A DNA stretch of 61,803 nt, counting the filler, from Pirum gemmata (taxonomy: Eukaryota): the NCBI GenBank assembly GCA_002812295.1. It is 14 parts of 14 records of this genome, joined end to end, with 100 filler letters (N's around TTAATTAATTAA, not from the genome) between each part and the next. Parts side by side here need not be neighbours in the genome. Positions count along the whole stretch, not along the records: positions 1 to 4,289 come from PDIN01001915.1; positions 4,390 to 8,177 come from PDIN01001916.1; positions 8,278 to 12,059 come from PDIN01001917.1; positions 12,160 to 15,951 come from PDIN01001918.1; 10 more parts are not named here. The stretch is one strand, 5' to 3'. The notes under the pieces are model-generated. The model ran no database searches. It saw only the letters and a list, made by a program, of their open reading frames with translations, and was not told the DNA's origin. A program made the translations under genes and the position numbers. This document shows positions 1-13,290 of this stretch, in pieces. Positions within the stretch are counted from its first letter, which is position 1. The number at the start of each line of letters is the position of its first letter.

Positions 1-517
1 ATTATTATTATTATTATCGTTATTATTATTATTGTTATTAGAATTCTTAATTATTAATTGTTATTATTAATTGTTATTATTAATTATTATTATTATTACT
101 ATTATTGTTATTATTGCTATTAGTATTAGTATTAGTATTATTATTAGAATTATTAATTATTAATTTTATTATTAATTGCTATTATTGATTATTGTTATTA
201 ATTATTAATATTATATAATTATTACCTCCTCATGGTTACGGGAATTGTCAAAAAAAATTATTGTTAGATTTTATTATTACTTATTTTTTATTATTAGTTA
301 TCAGTTATATTTAATAATAATTAAAAATAATTAATGATAGTTAAGAATAATTAATAATAATTAAGAATGATTAATAATAATTAAGACTAATTAAAAATAA
401 TATTAAGAATAATCAATGATAGTTAATAATAATTAATAATGATTAATAANNNNNNNNNNNNNNNNNNNNNNNNNNNNNNATAATAATAATAGATAATTAA
501 TATTATTATTATCAATT

Positions 518-2020
518 TATCATACGATATAAAATTTTTTTTTATACTGCCCTACCATATATAGTATCATAGGTCGATCGACTACTAGCTAGCTAGCTAG
601 CTAGAGCTAGTAGCCAGTAGCTCCTGTTTTATCATAGCATCACAGGTTGATCGACTAGCCAGAGAGGGCCGATAGCCATAGCCAGCTGATCATAGCAGTT
701 GCTTACAGCTAGCTATCATACTAGCTAGTAGTATCATAGAATAGACTAACCCTAAGGTCCCTAACCCTAACCCTAACCCTAACCCTAACCCTAATAAATA
801 TCGATAATTATGTAAATAAACGTATACCAGGTATGATTACCCTTGGGGACTTTACTACTGTGTTAGTTTAGCTACTCGACTATGATATGATAGCTAGGTC
901 TACTAGATTCTACTAGCTAGGGCCTAGGCTGCCTAGCTGCCTAGCTAGGTGTGATTCCGTGTGAAACCCCAAAATTGTAGAAAATCGTAGACCAAATTCA
1001 TTGGCCAACTAAATCGAAAGGTCAAAGGCCAAGTTGGTCATTGGTTTTCTAGTCTACATACCATTTGATTTAGCTATTGATTTCTAGCACTTTTCTAGCC
1101 TACTAGCTACTAGCTAGACTAAGCTAGTAGCTATAGCCTATAGTATATGATATCATAGGTATCATAGCTATATAGCTAGCTAGGTCTACTCTCTCTCTAG
1201 CCAGCTACTGGTTAGTAGTAGCCAGAGTAGCTACTAGCTACTAGCTAGCTGCAGGCTCTAGCTAGAGTAGCTAGAAGCACATGGAACATTGGAAATACCA
1301 CAAATCATATCATAATATCGATAAATAAATAAAACTATGATAGGTCTATATGCAAGAAACCCTTTTGCGGTTTTCTATAGTTGTGCTCACAATCTTTAAT
1401 TTGGTACTATTTAAGTGTATAATTGAGCTTGTTTATAAAATGAAAAATTAAGTATAAAATACCAAGTTAATTTAAACATGTCTGATAGTTTAACAATAAT
1501 AATAATTTGGCACGTTTATTTCAGTTTTTGAACTGGACAACACTATGATATTGAAAAACAAGCAGAAAAACACTAGTAGCTAGTAGAGCTATCGATAGCT
1601 AGCTAGACTATCATAGCTACTAGTTTAGTTGAAAGGAGGGAGGGTTGAAACTTGAAGGTAGATAGTATCATAGATAGTATTAGATATCATAAAAGGATAC
1701 CCGATAAAAAAGGAGGTATGTAAAGCTTTGAAGGAGACTTAGGCTCGAAAGACTCTCGAAAGTGAAGCTTGTTCGATCATTGTAGATATTTTTGCTGATA
1801 TTTGATTTTTTTTTATCATATTATATTTTTTTTTTACTTTTGCTTACATTCTTTTATTTCCTTATTTATAACTGATATCATATTCACCAACCAAAGTCCA
1901 CCCTACCATTTAGATTAGTCTATAGTATTCTATTGGTCGTTGTCTATTAGTCTATTATTAGCTTCAAAACTCGATCTAGAAAACTATGATTTTGAACAAC
2001 TTCCTTTAGTCTACTACTAT
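518..2020. repeat. Region saturated with TATCATA/TATGATA, TAGCTA, TAGACTA/TAGTCTA and TATCGATA motifs
   Basis: 18 hand-counted TATCATA/TATGATA between 518 and 1882, plus chains of TAGCTAGCTA. Similar fields at ~3160-3220, 3455-3560, 11405-11760 and 43005-43305. Confidence 0.85.
1380..1575 (-). mobile_element. Terminus of a dispersed non-autonomous DNA transposon, hAT (Charlie/Buster)-like
   Basis: TATTTCAGTTTTTGAACTGGACAACACTA(TGATA)TTGAAAAA recurs at ~10201-10237 and inverted at 43305-43345. The reverse strand reads GTGTTTTTCAATAGTGTTGTCC, resembling Charlie-type CAGTGTTTCTCAAAGTGTGGTCC ends. 1390-1440 also matches ~56450-56500 inverted. Confidence 0.55.
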
Positions 2021-2107
2021 TTAGAATACTTTTAGAATACTTTTAGAATGTTTAGATATAAAATACCTTATATACTCTACTACTCTGAGCATGCATACAC
2101 TATGCAT

Positions 2108-2310
2108 AGGGAGCATTCAATAATTACGTAACGCCGATTAGGGACAAAAACCTACCCTACTAGTCTACCCCCCGTGTAACGGCCTGTCACGTTTGAGAAG
2201 GACTACCTACCCCTTATGACGTAACGATTGGAAAAAATAGTACCCTAAATTAGCCCTCATGTATATATTTTTTTGCGTTATGTCATATTACGAAAACCTA
2301 CCCCCTTTAT
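2108..2310. mobile_element. PIF/Harbinger-like MITE remnant
   Basis: Begins TAGGGAGCATTCAATAATTACGTAACGC, with internal CCCC/GTAACG motifs and a degenerate inverted end (GCGTTATGTCA). Related starts at 31146 (TAGGGAACATTCATTAATGACGTCA) and 35553. Confidence 0.45.
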
Positions 2311-2379
2311 TAACCCATTAATACAACAACAAAATAAAAATATATGTAAAAAAGAAACAACAAAAACATTTTAATAATA

Positions 2380-3155
2380 GAAATAATATGCTCAAAGTCC
2401 AAACCAATAATAATACCTCCAAATAGTTAGAATTTACAAATGATCATGATAAACAGTAGTATAAAACACATAGAAGAAAACCTCAAAACAAAAACCTTTC
2501 ATAATAACAACCTAAACAACCTCTGGAATATAGAACAGAATGAATGGGAAGAGATAATTAAAAATAGGAGAATCAGTACAAAAAAACTACCAAAAATACT
2601 AAAAAGTCACATATGGATATTATACTAACTCAAATAAAACCAACAAGACAGTACATGCAGTGGACTTCGAAACCCCAACCTTTTCAATGTCAATACTGTT
2701 CAAAAGAATTTCCACCAGAAGTCAAACTATTCATCTTTGACTCATCTCTGAACATAGACAAACCTGTAAGACTAGACTAGAATGCCTAACCTACACCAAA
2801 AAATATTACACATATTAATAATAAACCTGAATGTAGACGACAACTCCAACAATTTCCACAGTAACGACTACAAGTCTACAACGTTATAATACTAGGAACA
2901 AAGTTTACTTAAAAACAAATATTTCTACAACAAAAGAACAATACAATTACTCATCATAGACTATACATTATGGTCTTATTATGAAAAGTACAACAAGTCA
3001 CAACCAACTGACAATCAAATCATTATCAACTTTTAAACCAAAGTATTATGAAGCAAATCAACAAATTGGAACTTTAAAATTTAACTATACAACTGTAACC
3101 TACTAAAGAAAACAGCTGAAGAAAAAAAAAAATAAAAAAAAATAATAAAAAAAAA
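2380..3155 (+). mobile_element. Degenerate 3' end of a non-LTR retrotransposon (zf-RVT-like ORF2 C-terminus, A-rich tail)
   Basis: ORF 2440-2628 (WEEIIK...KLPKILKSHIWILY) is followed after a frameshift by FQCQYC. Ends in an A-rich run at 3121-3155. Homologous inverted copies at 45320-47470. Confidence 0.65.
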
Positions 3156-3213
3156 TCTAGTGTGACTTACTTGGCACCAGCAGTAGGCAGTAGCAGTAGC
3201 TACGATAGCTAGC

Positions 3214-3456
3214 TAGTCTCTATTCGTCAGCAAGCGCTGTCATTGCACAATGACAAAAAAAGTTTTACTTTGACAAACTTTTCGGGAAATGAGAATGAAT
3301 GACACGATCAGCTCACTGCATAATATTGACGTAATTTCCTTTCATTTGATATACTTTTCGTCTCAATTGCGTAATTAAAAGTGTTGGATTTGAGATAAAA
3401 CGTCATTGAATAATGACGCTGTCATGGCGCAATGACGTGCTGACGAATAGACACTA
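3214..3456. mobile_element. MITE with terminal inverted repeats
   Basis: Left TAGTCTCTATTCGTCAGCA, right TGCTGACGAATAGACACTA (1 mismatch in 19). Subterminal GTCATT..AATGAC palindromes on both arms. Confidence 0.8.
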
Positions 3457-4084
3457 GCTAGTAGCTAGCTAGTAGTTGCGTGACTCAAGTCTCTCAATGG
3501 GGCTCAAGACTCAAGAGTCAAGACTAGCTAGCTAGCTAGCTAGACTAGCTAGAGGGGCTCAAGAGTAAAAAAGACTGGCTCAAGTCTCTCAATGTGTGGG
3601 TTTACCACTGGGGTTTACCAACTGTGTGCCTCCATGCAGCTGGCTGAAAATTTCCGTGAGAAGTAGACTATCAACCGTGTCATAATCATCAGTGGGCCAG
3701 TTCCATCATCCATGACTAGCTACTAGCTAGCTAGATAGTATTGAGTCGGACTGACTACTCAGAGATTCTGCAGTGATTCTGCCCTCCATCGGTCCATGAC
3801 ACTTCCATATACTTCCATAGCTACTTCCATACACTTCCATCACTCTTCCATCATTTTCCATGACTATGAGGGGGAACTATGACTCTATGAGGGACACTTG
3901 AGGGACCATGACAACGGATTGGAATGTCAGATAGATCCGTTTTTTTTTTTTACATGACATACTATATATAGACATAATCTCTACCATTTTTATATTAAAT
4001 AATTTTAAAAAATGGTGCATAAGTTCACAGTTGCTCTGTACTGGCTCTGTAAAGTGGTTTTTAATTAAGTTGCTGCCTAACATA

Positions 4085-4285
4085 TTATTGTGCTTTTCAT
4101 TTAGTCTTATTTTGTCACTTCGAATAGTCTCCGAATATTTATTTGGTTGTTTATAATATTTAAATTGATTCTTTTAAAAAAATAAATATATAATAAAATA
4201 TACCAAATCAAATTAAATGGATTTATATAGTATTAATTTGGTACTTTTTATTGTATATTTTATGATGACAAAACTACTGTAAAGA
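4085..4285. repeat. Dispersed AT-rich repeat (probable non-autonomous transposon interior)
   Basis: Aligns by eye with 39720-39910 (direct), 11485-11640 (inverted) and 39612-39680 (inverted). Confidence 0.7.
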
Positions 4286-4289
4286 TGCT

Positions 4290-4389
4290 NNNNNNNNNNN
4301 NNNNNNNNNNNNNNNNNNNNNNNNNNNNNNNNNTTAATTAATTAANNNNNNNNNNNNNNNNNNNNNNNNNNNNNNNNNNNNNNNNNNNN
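4290..4389. other. Artificial scaffold-joining linker (first of 13)
   Basis: 44 N + TTAATTAATTAA + 44 N. Identical linkers at 8178-8277, 12060-12159, 15952-16051, 19830-19929, 23697-23796, 30802-30901, 35629-35728, 39503-39602, 43364-43463, 48166-48265, 52039-52138, 57900-57999. Confidence 0.97.
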
Positions 4390-6025
4390 ATAAAGGGGGA
4401 TTAAATTTCATTTCACATGTGGAATACATTTTTATTTTTATACTTTTCAAAGTTTCTAATAAAGGTGATTAAAACAACATCTATTGCATCTATTGTTAAA
4501 ACAAATAAATTGGGGGTAGAGGACAACATAATTTCTATCAGAATATGATATATTGTATATTCGAACCTCTTATATATTAATAAACTTGTATTTTTCTTCG
4601 TTGTTTTGGTGTCTTGACGTCTTTCTCACAAAACTATAGAACAATTGCGTAAGTTTGACTTTTTTTCGAACAAAGAATACTTTTAAAATGCTATAGCAAA
4701 ATATTAGGGAGGGTGTTACCAAATAGCTTTATGGTATTTTCACTTTTGATTGTTAATGAAGTTAGTGCATATATAAATTGGGAAAATTGCCGTCTGGTCG
4801 GTTATTTATCTAGTTCCCGGTACCACAATTTGTGTTTTTTTTTTGTTTTTTTTTTGTTTTTGTTTTTTTCAGGATAAGACTTTTGCTCTATTATTTTGTT
4901 ACGCAACACAAAAGTAAGTTTCCCCATAATTATTTTTACAATTTGAAATCACTTCAGTAATTTTGGGTTCCAAATGTTGCCAATATTATATTACCTCCAT
5001 CCAACTAGAGATTACTTTCATGTGACTAGTAGTTTTTTGACTTTTAAATCTTTGTTTTATGCATGTGTGTACGCTACTTAGTTGGGTTCAATTATACTTA
5101 CAGTAGATTTATAGTAGATCAAATAAAAATAAAATATCATGCTTGCACAAACTGATTTTTTTTGACCGAATCCGTTTCGTTAAGCCGCTCACTATTTTCC
5201 AAAGGCATAGCGTAAGATTTTTTTTTTACAAGACAAGATTATTGTGATAGTATTCCTTATATATTTATCTAAGATACTATTCCAAAGATAAAGAAAAATA
5301 CATAGATCAGCTAAAACCAAACCTGTTTCACAATATACTTTTTTGTAAATTCCACAAAACCACTTAAATGAATACTATTAAACTTCTTCAAAATCAAAAA
5401 TGATATCAAATGAATCCAAAAAACGGTTGGTTTAAACTTAATATAGATTTTGTGCTCAATTTTATAAAGCATGATTGACGAGTTTCTTATCGCCTAGCTA
5501 CACAGCATGGCATTAAAATATAGGAAGTTTAGGGTATATACGTTTCGCCTTTTCCTAACCCTATTACAGCAACAGTTGGTAATAACAGATGTTTCTATAA
5601 TAGTCGGCCAAAATAATACCCTGTAGGGCTACCATACAAGACCAGGTCTATGTCATATTAATGATATTCATCGATTATGGGATTTTTCCGCTAGCATTTA
5701 CCAACAATATCCTCTCGACAATTCTTTGATAATTTTACTAGATATTATTTCATCAAATAAAGATATGCTAGAAAAACAGAATAAAAGGTGGCATCCTAAG
5801 TGCTGAAATATTTTTGTAAAATATAGCAAAGTACACAAGTAAATGGTCGCAATATATCGAGAAACACATATGACAATTATGGTGATTACCTTGAGACAAA
5901 ATGCAAGTTTTAAATGTTTTTGTACAGCCAGTACATTTTAATAAAAAAAATAAAAGAATTTCATGTTTCCTGCACTTTTTTGTCACAGGTAAAAAAGTAA
6001 AATTTTATGTGCTTAACATGAACAA

Positions 6026-8107
6026 CTATTCTGTTTCCATGAGTGCTTCCCAATGTGCCTTATTCTTTTCAATATTTTCAAGCATTCGTTTTGTAGCACC
6101 ATTATTTAATAAATTCGCAAGGACGGCAAACATTGGTCTCACGAAAAAAGAAATAAACCCAACTTGACACTTGGGGATACTATATATATATATATATATA
6201 TATTATATGCGTTGAGTGTTGGGCATTGTTAAATTTGTAAATATTATTATTCATATAGTAAAACAAAACTTGCGGTGAGAAACGTTGGTATATGATAAAT
6301 AAATATGGCACAAAGCATAGATCAGCCCATAAATTTTAAATTTTGAAATTGTATACAAAAAATAAAAAGTGATATTTACTAAAAATTGAATTACCTTGTA
6401 GACTGCCTATCCATAAACATCGATATCGGCATACCAAAAACTTTTTCCTTATCACCTTGCAAAAAAAATTCACTCATTACCATCCCAGTCCATTCCTGCG
6501 ATAAATGTGGACTGCGAGCTGTATTATTTATATCTGCACACTTCAATATTAATTGCATCAATAAAAGCCTGTGATCTAAGTAAAAAAAAAAAAAAAAAAA
6601 CACATACAATAAATAATCCTACACATACAATTCTTATTTCATAAAGTAAAGACCCACAAAAATGACGGCACTTAACCCCAAACACAACACCAAAACTGAG
6701 TTTGTTCAAAGCTAGTTCATTGAATGTGATCAATTGCTCTGTACTAAAAAAATTCTTATATCATTTCGTAATTCCATATTTTATTTGTCAACTATTTATC
6801 ATACACAATACCAAATAATTTCTCATTTCTCATTTCGTAATTCCCAATATATTAGACAACAATTTATCGCATGCAATCTCATTGTTCAGAATTGATAACA
6901 TTCTCCAAATCAATACGTAACATTTATTGTTACTACTAAATTGCTTAATTGCTTAATATCTGATTACCTATTTTGGAGATTATTATTTACGTATCTTAAT
7001 TTATTTAATGTTAAAAATTACATTCATTAATGATTCCAACCAGATAGTGTGTTTAATATTTCATTCTTTAAATTTTTTGCTTACCTTTTCTTTCTGCGAT
7101 GAAAGATTCTTGGTTTAATTTCGTTTCAAAAACACCCATAAAATCTTTGTGACGAGCAATATCCGTAGCAAGTATAAGTGCTGATAACATATCCTTCATT
7201 GATTTTTTCTATTTAAATAATTAAATTTACACATAGTTGAGATATAGATACATAATTAAACGATTGTTAAATGAGGTACTTTTATAAAACCGATAATAAA
7301 AAAACACCACAATAACACAAACCTCTTTTTCTGAAATATTAGAAAGTATATCACACTCTGCCCTTTCCATAATCTTAAGAGCAGTTTTTATGTGGTGTTG
7401 CTCAAGAGTTGACTTGTCCCCGTGGAGTTTGTGTAGAACATCTTGAGATCTGAATTAATATAAATTTTTAAAAATAAAATTTGTATGTTGTGATTCCTAA
7501 CTTGACCAGCAAAGTCGAGGTGATTAAAATAATGGAGTGTGTTTGTGTTTGTGTGTTTGTGTTTGTACGTGTTCAAAAATGTGGAATAGATTATACGATA
7601 ATACATTTATATACATGTCAACAGAAATAAACAAAACACAAGTTAAACACGAAAAAGTTTGCATACTTGGCCAAAAACGAGTTGTTACAGCCTGGATGGT
7701 CAGCATCATGGACAGTAGCAGACAATAACAGAATGCAAATCTTTAGAAAGAGAAAAAATTAAGTTAAAACAAATATAAAAAAGAATACATAACAGAACAA
7801 GAACAATAAACAATTATTCATCATAAGTATACTATATAAGTGATTAACAAGAAAGTAGGCTAACGAAATAGATAAACTATACTTCTGCGGGAGTAAACAC
7901 GTTTTGCAAGTCACTCGAAACGACAACAAAATGAACAGCATGCGTAACATCACTAGCATGAATAGAATTATGAAATGGGTTTGAGGGACGATAAGTCTCT
8001 TCAACATTCCTCAAAAAAATCCGCAGTTTAGAAGGGTCTATGTTTAAGTCATCAATGAGATTGTACCTCTCAAACAAAAAAAACGTAAGGGACGAAAGAG
8101 GTTTTCC
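6026..8107 (-). CDS. Class I 3',5'-cyclic nucleotide phosphodiesterase, catalytic domain, multi-exon, 5'-truncated
   Basis: Exons in order encode NPFHNSIHASDV (7883-8107), HDADHPGCNNSFL (~7665-7742), STLEQHH (~7325-7425), LILATDIARH (~7085-7208), LKCADINN...EFFLQGDKEK (~6396-6577) and IPKCQVGFISFFVRPMF...HWEALMETE* (6026-~6178). GT-AG introns. Confidence 0.92.
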
Positions 8108-8277
8108 CTAAATAACATTCAATTTTTCATTAAGTAAGGTATGGCTGTTGAATGTGATAATAATAATAATAATAATANNNNNNNNNNNNNNNNNNNNNNN
8201 NNNNNNNNNNNNNNNNNNNNNTTAATTAATTAANNNNNNNNNNNNNNNNNNNNNNNNNNNNNNNNNNNNNNNNNNNN

Positions 8278-8313
<36 letters not shown>

Positions 8314-9133
8314 CTACTATTATTGTTACTACTGCTACTGCTATAACTACTACTACCATTGCTATTTACTACCTGCAGTTTACTACTATCGATTTTAGTT
8401 AACATTGGTTTGTTTGTTTGTTTTGCATAATATTCATTTAAAAATGGGCAAATTGCCCAATTTTATCATTAGAAGTGATAAGACTAATTTTATTGTCATG
8501 TCCATTATTTATTGCTTATATTTTAGTATTAATATTAGTATTAGTATTAGTATTAGTATTAGGAATAGTATTAGTATTAATTAGTATTAGTATTAGTATT
8601 AGTATTAGTATTAGTATTTGTATTAGTATTAGTATTGATGTTTGTTATTAATTATAAGTTTGTTTAAATTTATATATTTATGTATTTATCTATTAACTTG
8701 TAGAAGCTTAAATGAAAGATAATAATCATAATGTTGTAAAAGGAGCTTTTAAGCTTCTTGTTGTAAATATCAGTTTTTAAAGAATAATAATACAGGGAGG
8801 TGGGGGAAAAACCATCGAATCGAGACTAGATTGAAACTTTCAAAATTTTTCGATCTAATTTTAATTATTGGCTCACTTTTGATTTCATTACAAAATTCTT
8901 AGAAATACTTAGAAATTTCATAGAAAAAACTTGAAACTCGAAAAAAAAAGAAAATCATTTCAAAATTGATACTATTTAATAATTAGGACCGAGCTGTTTG
9001 ATTAGATTATATTTTCCCGTATCTCCTACTAGAGTTTTCCCAACATTATTATGATTACCCAACATAACTTTGTAATAATAAAACGATATGTCAATCAATA
9101 AAGAAAAGATAATATAAATAAATAGAGATAATA

Positions 9134-10105
9134 TGAATTAAAATGAATTAAAATGAATTAAAATGAATTAAAATGAATTAAAATGAATTAAAATGAATTA
9201 AAATGGATTAATTCATAATTAAAATGAATTAAAATGGATTAAAATGGATTAAAATGGATTAATTCATAATTAAAATGAATGAAAATGAATGAAAATGAAT
9301 GAAAATGAATGAAAATGGATTAAAATGGATTAAAATGGATTAAAATGGATTAAAAATGGATTTAAAAAGAATTAAAATGGATTAAAATGAATTAAAATGA
9401 ATTAAAATGAATTAAAATGAATTAAAATGGATTAAAATGAATTAAAATGGATTAAAATGAATTAAAATGAATTAAAATGGATTAAAATGGATTAAAATGG
9501 ATTAATTTATAATTAAAATGAATTAAAATCGATTAAAAGGTATTAAAATGGATTAAAATGGATTAAAATGGATTTAAAATGGATTAAAATGGATCAAAAT
9601 GGATTAAAATGGATTAAAATGGATTTAAAAAGAATTAAAATGAATTAAAATGAATTAAAATGGATTAAAATGGATTAAATGGATTAAATGGATTAAAATG
9701 AATTAAAATGGATTAAAATGAATTAAAATGAATTAAAATGAATTAAAATGAATTAAAATGAATTAAAATGGATTAAAATGCATTAATATGGATTAAAATG
9801 CATTAAAATGGATTAGAATGAATTAAAATGAATTAAAATGAATTAAAATGGATTAAACTTATTTATAAAATACAAAATTAAAAGTATAAAATACCAAAAT
9901 TAATTAAAAAGAATGTCTGATAGTTTAAACATAATAATAATTTAATNAATTAAAATGGATTAAAATGAATTAAAATGAATTAAAATGAATTAAAATGAAT
10001 TAAAATGAATTAAAATGGATTAAAATGCATTAATATGGATTAAAATGCATTAAAATGGATTAGAATGAATTAAAATGAATTAAAATGAATTAAAATGGAT
10101 TAAAC
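9134..10105. repeat. 10-bp satellite (AAAATGAATT / AAAATGGATT)n
   Basis: Direct tandem decamers over ~0.7 kb. The part after the single N at 9947 repeats the preceding sequence. Confidence 0.95.
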
Positions 10106-10900
10106 TTATTTATAAAATACAAAATTAAAAGTATAAAATACCAAAATTAATTAAAAAGAATGTCTGATAGTTTAAACATAATAATAATTTAATACGTTTA
10201 TATTTCAGTTTTTGAACTGGACAACACTATTGAAAAAATCGATATATAGTAACAAACTAACCATATATAGCAATGGAGACCTCGATGTTTTTACGTCATC
10301 GAATTGAAATTCGAGCTTCGAACTGTTTCAAAACTGTAGTAGTCTATATTATAGATTGATTTGACTCGAATTTATAGATTACGTCACGGTCAACGGGGAC
10401 GTCAACAAAACGTCGAGATATGAGCTAGAGATAATATGAGTATCTAGCTATCGATAACTACTGTACCTAGCTGGGGGGGGGGGGGGGNNNNNNNNNNNNN
10501 NNNNNNNNNNNNNNNNNNNNNNNNNNNNNNNNNNNNNNNNNNNNNNNNNNNNNNNNNNNNNNNNNNNNNNGTGATGGAAAGGGAAGGTCATCGCCCATGT
10601 TTGTTTGTTATATTATTCTATCCCTAGATATTAAATTTTCCATTTTTTTTTATTTCGTAGAAGTGGTGGTGTTAGTTTTATTACAACCCACCCTCAACCT
10701 GACCCTATAACTAACCCTACAGCTAACCCTAACCCTAACCTTAACCCGGGAAACCCTAACCCTAACCTTAACCCGGGAAACCCTAACCCTAACCCGAGTA
10801 ACCCTAACTTTAAAATAATTAAAAAAGTTAAAATCTATCCCTGAGTTCTTGAACAACAAAAGTACTACTACTACTACTACTGCTACTACTACTACTACTA

Positions 10901-10934
<34 letters not shown>

Positions 10935-11018
10935 GCTACTGCTACTACCACTACTACTACTACTACTACTACTCGGGTCTACTACTATTATTATTATTAT
11001 TATTATTACTATTACTAG

Positions 11019-11050
<32 letters not shown>

Positions 11051-11303
11051 TTATTACTACCACTACTATTATCACTACCACTACCACTACCAGTGCTAGT
11101 CTACCACCACCACCAACACCACCACCAACACTACCATTACCACCAACACTACCATTACCACTACTACTACCACTACTACTACACTATTGCTATTATCATA
11201 TATTATTAATAGCATCACTCATGCAGAGTCATGCTAATTAAAAGAATAAATCTGTCAGATCTAGCTAGACTACTATGAAATGGATCTATGTATTCCTATT
11301 ATT

Positions 11304-11406
11304 AAACCCTAACCCTAACCCTAACCCTAACCCTAACCCTAACCCTAACCCTAACCCTAACCCTAACCCTAACCATTAAACCCTAACCCTAACCCTATCC
11401 CTAACC
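11304..11406 (+). repeat. Interstitial (CCCTAA)n telomere-type repeat
   Basis: Perfect TAACCC run internal to a scaffold. Others at 747-793, 10700-10808, 16052-16144, 19930-19979, 20460-20660, 43980-45090, 45600-45862, 48036-48165, 55757-56150. Confidence 0.95.
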
Positions 11407-12159
11407 CTTAGCTATCGATAGCTAGCTACTAGTAGTAGAGTGACTAGCTAGAGCTAGCTAGAGTCTATGATAGACTCGATAGACCACAGTAGTGGTTTTG
11501 TCATTATAAAATATAAATAAAGGATACCAAATTGATACAATATAGATCCATTTAATTTTATTTGGTATACTTTATTATCTTTTTTATTCTTTTAAAAAAT
11601 AACAATTTTAGTACTATAACCAACCAAATAAATATTGAGAGTGTCAGTCTAGCTAACTAGCTAGCTACTAGCTACTAGGAGTATCATAGTCTAGCTAGCT
11701 AGCTGTCTACAGGTTAGGTCTACTCTAGCTAGTAGCTATCGGATAGCTAGCTAGTAGCTATTTTACTCTAATTAACTAAAAACGTAAAAAAACACTTTAT
11801 AAGGCTATTATATTAAGTAATAAAGATTTAAATTACTAAAATAAGAAAAGAAATTGCTAAATTATTACAACACTATTACAACAATGGGGTTGAACAACCT
11901 CAACAACAACCTGCAATAAAAAAAACAAAAAAACAAAAAAAAAAACATTATTATAATATTAATATTATTAGAAAAAGGAAACAATATTTGTTGCAGATGT
12001 TTCTTAAAATGTGGAAGTAGTAGTATTAATAAAGTGGTGGAATTAACAATAAGTGTGTGNNNNNNNNNNNNNNNNNNNNNNNNNNNNNNNNNNNNNNNNN
12101 NNNTTAATTAATTAANNNNNNNNNNNNNNNNNNNNNNNNNNNNNNNNNNNNNNNNNNNN

Positions 12160-12265
12160 ACGCTCATTTTCTTTACACACACTCACACTTCCTCAAATAA
12201 AATCTATTATTTTACAAAAATAAATAATATATATATTCAATGATTTATTAATTTTTTTTTTTTTC
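12160..12265. repeat. ~105-bp direct repeat, second copy at 13901-14010
   Basis: ACGCTCATTTTCTTTACACACACTCACACTTCCTCAAATAAAATC... is identical at both positions. An ~87-bp tandem duplication lies at 12300-12477. Confidence 0.9.
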
Positions 12266-13026
12266 ATTTTTTTTTTTTTTTTTTGTTTCTGTTTTTTGTT
12301 TTTTTGTTTTCCGTTTATATATATAGGTCTAATATCACAAATTTCTGTGAATTCTGGGCATTTTTTTGTATTTTTGGTTGTTTCTAATTTTTGTTTTCCG
12401 TTTATATAATATATAGGTCTAATATCACAAATTTCTGTGAATTCTGGGCAATTTTTTGTATTTTTGGTTGTTTCTAAAGCAAGGAGTTTGAACTGAGTTT
12501 GAACTGCTTGCTCTAAAGTCAAAATAAATTTTGTGTTGTAAAAATTAAATTTTGTGTAGCGAGATAGGGCGTAGTGTAGCGAGGTAGCGAGCTAATAGTT
12601 GTAGTTCGACTCTGTAGTTTTGAGAAAGTTTTGAGCTGTAGATTTAGTTCGAACATGTGAAAATTATTCTGATCAAATAATTTTCAAAACAGCTGTTTTT
12701 GTAACAATTGACGTGATTTTAAATAGATTTTTTAAAAAAACTTGTTATTAATTTAATAATAATAGTAATAACTGTAATTAATATTATCTGTTGATTATTT
12801 AAAAAGTATTAGTAATTTGAATTAGTAATTTGAATTTAATTTATATTTTAAAAAAATAAAAAATTAAAAAATTAAGTCAACTAAGAATGATTTGTTTTTT
12901 TTATCATATTGAAAATGATAAAAAAAAAAACACTACTATCATAATATTATATTATTATCTCTAACAAATAGAATTACTATATATTTTTTTATAAATGCGA
13001 AATATGGCCATATACATTTTTTCTTT

Positions 13027-13290
13027 TTAACCGGATAAAACTGTAGAAATCATTTTTTTTTTTAGACTTCTTTTCTAAAAATCTTAATACTAACTAGCCA
13101 AATTATTTGTAAAAACTGGTCATTGGTTCATAATAGAGTTTTTTAGTTAGAAAATTTCTTAATATTTGGTAGTACTTTTATTAAAGTTGGAGCATTTTGA
13201 GAATTTTTGGATGTTTGAGCTCATATGGCGGATAGGCGAATGTCGCCATTTTTTTGGGACAAATATAGGAATTTTTGATAAGTTAAAAAA
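13027..13290. mobile_element. Copy of the TTAA-flanked MITE family
   Basis: GGATAAAACTGTA..TTAGACTTCTTTTCTAA..CATTGGTTCATAATAGAGTTTT is shared with 52667-52875. Partial copies at 16878-16966 and, inverted, 18695-18785. Confidence 0.7.

Noticed and set aside
9700..10195. ~245-bp direct duplication
   Set aside because: The copies flank a single N at 9947, typical of an unmerged contig overlap.
10650..11241. Long poly-V/T/L/I ORFs (also 29191-29665, 31733-32167, 44275-44823, 56837-57674, 58516-59389)
   Set aside because: They are translations of tri/hexanucleotide microsatellites or shadow frames, with no domain content.
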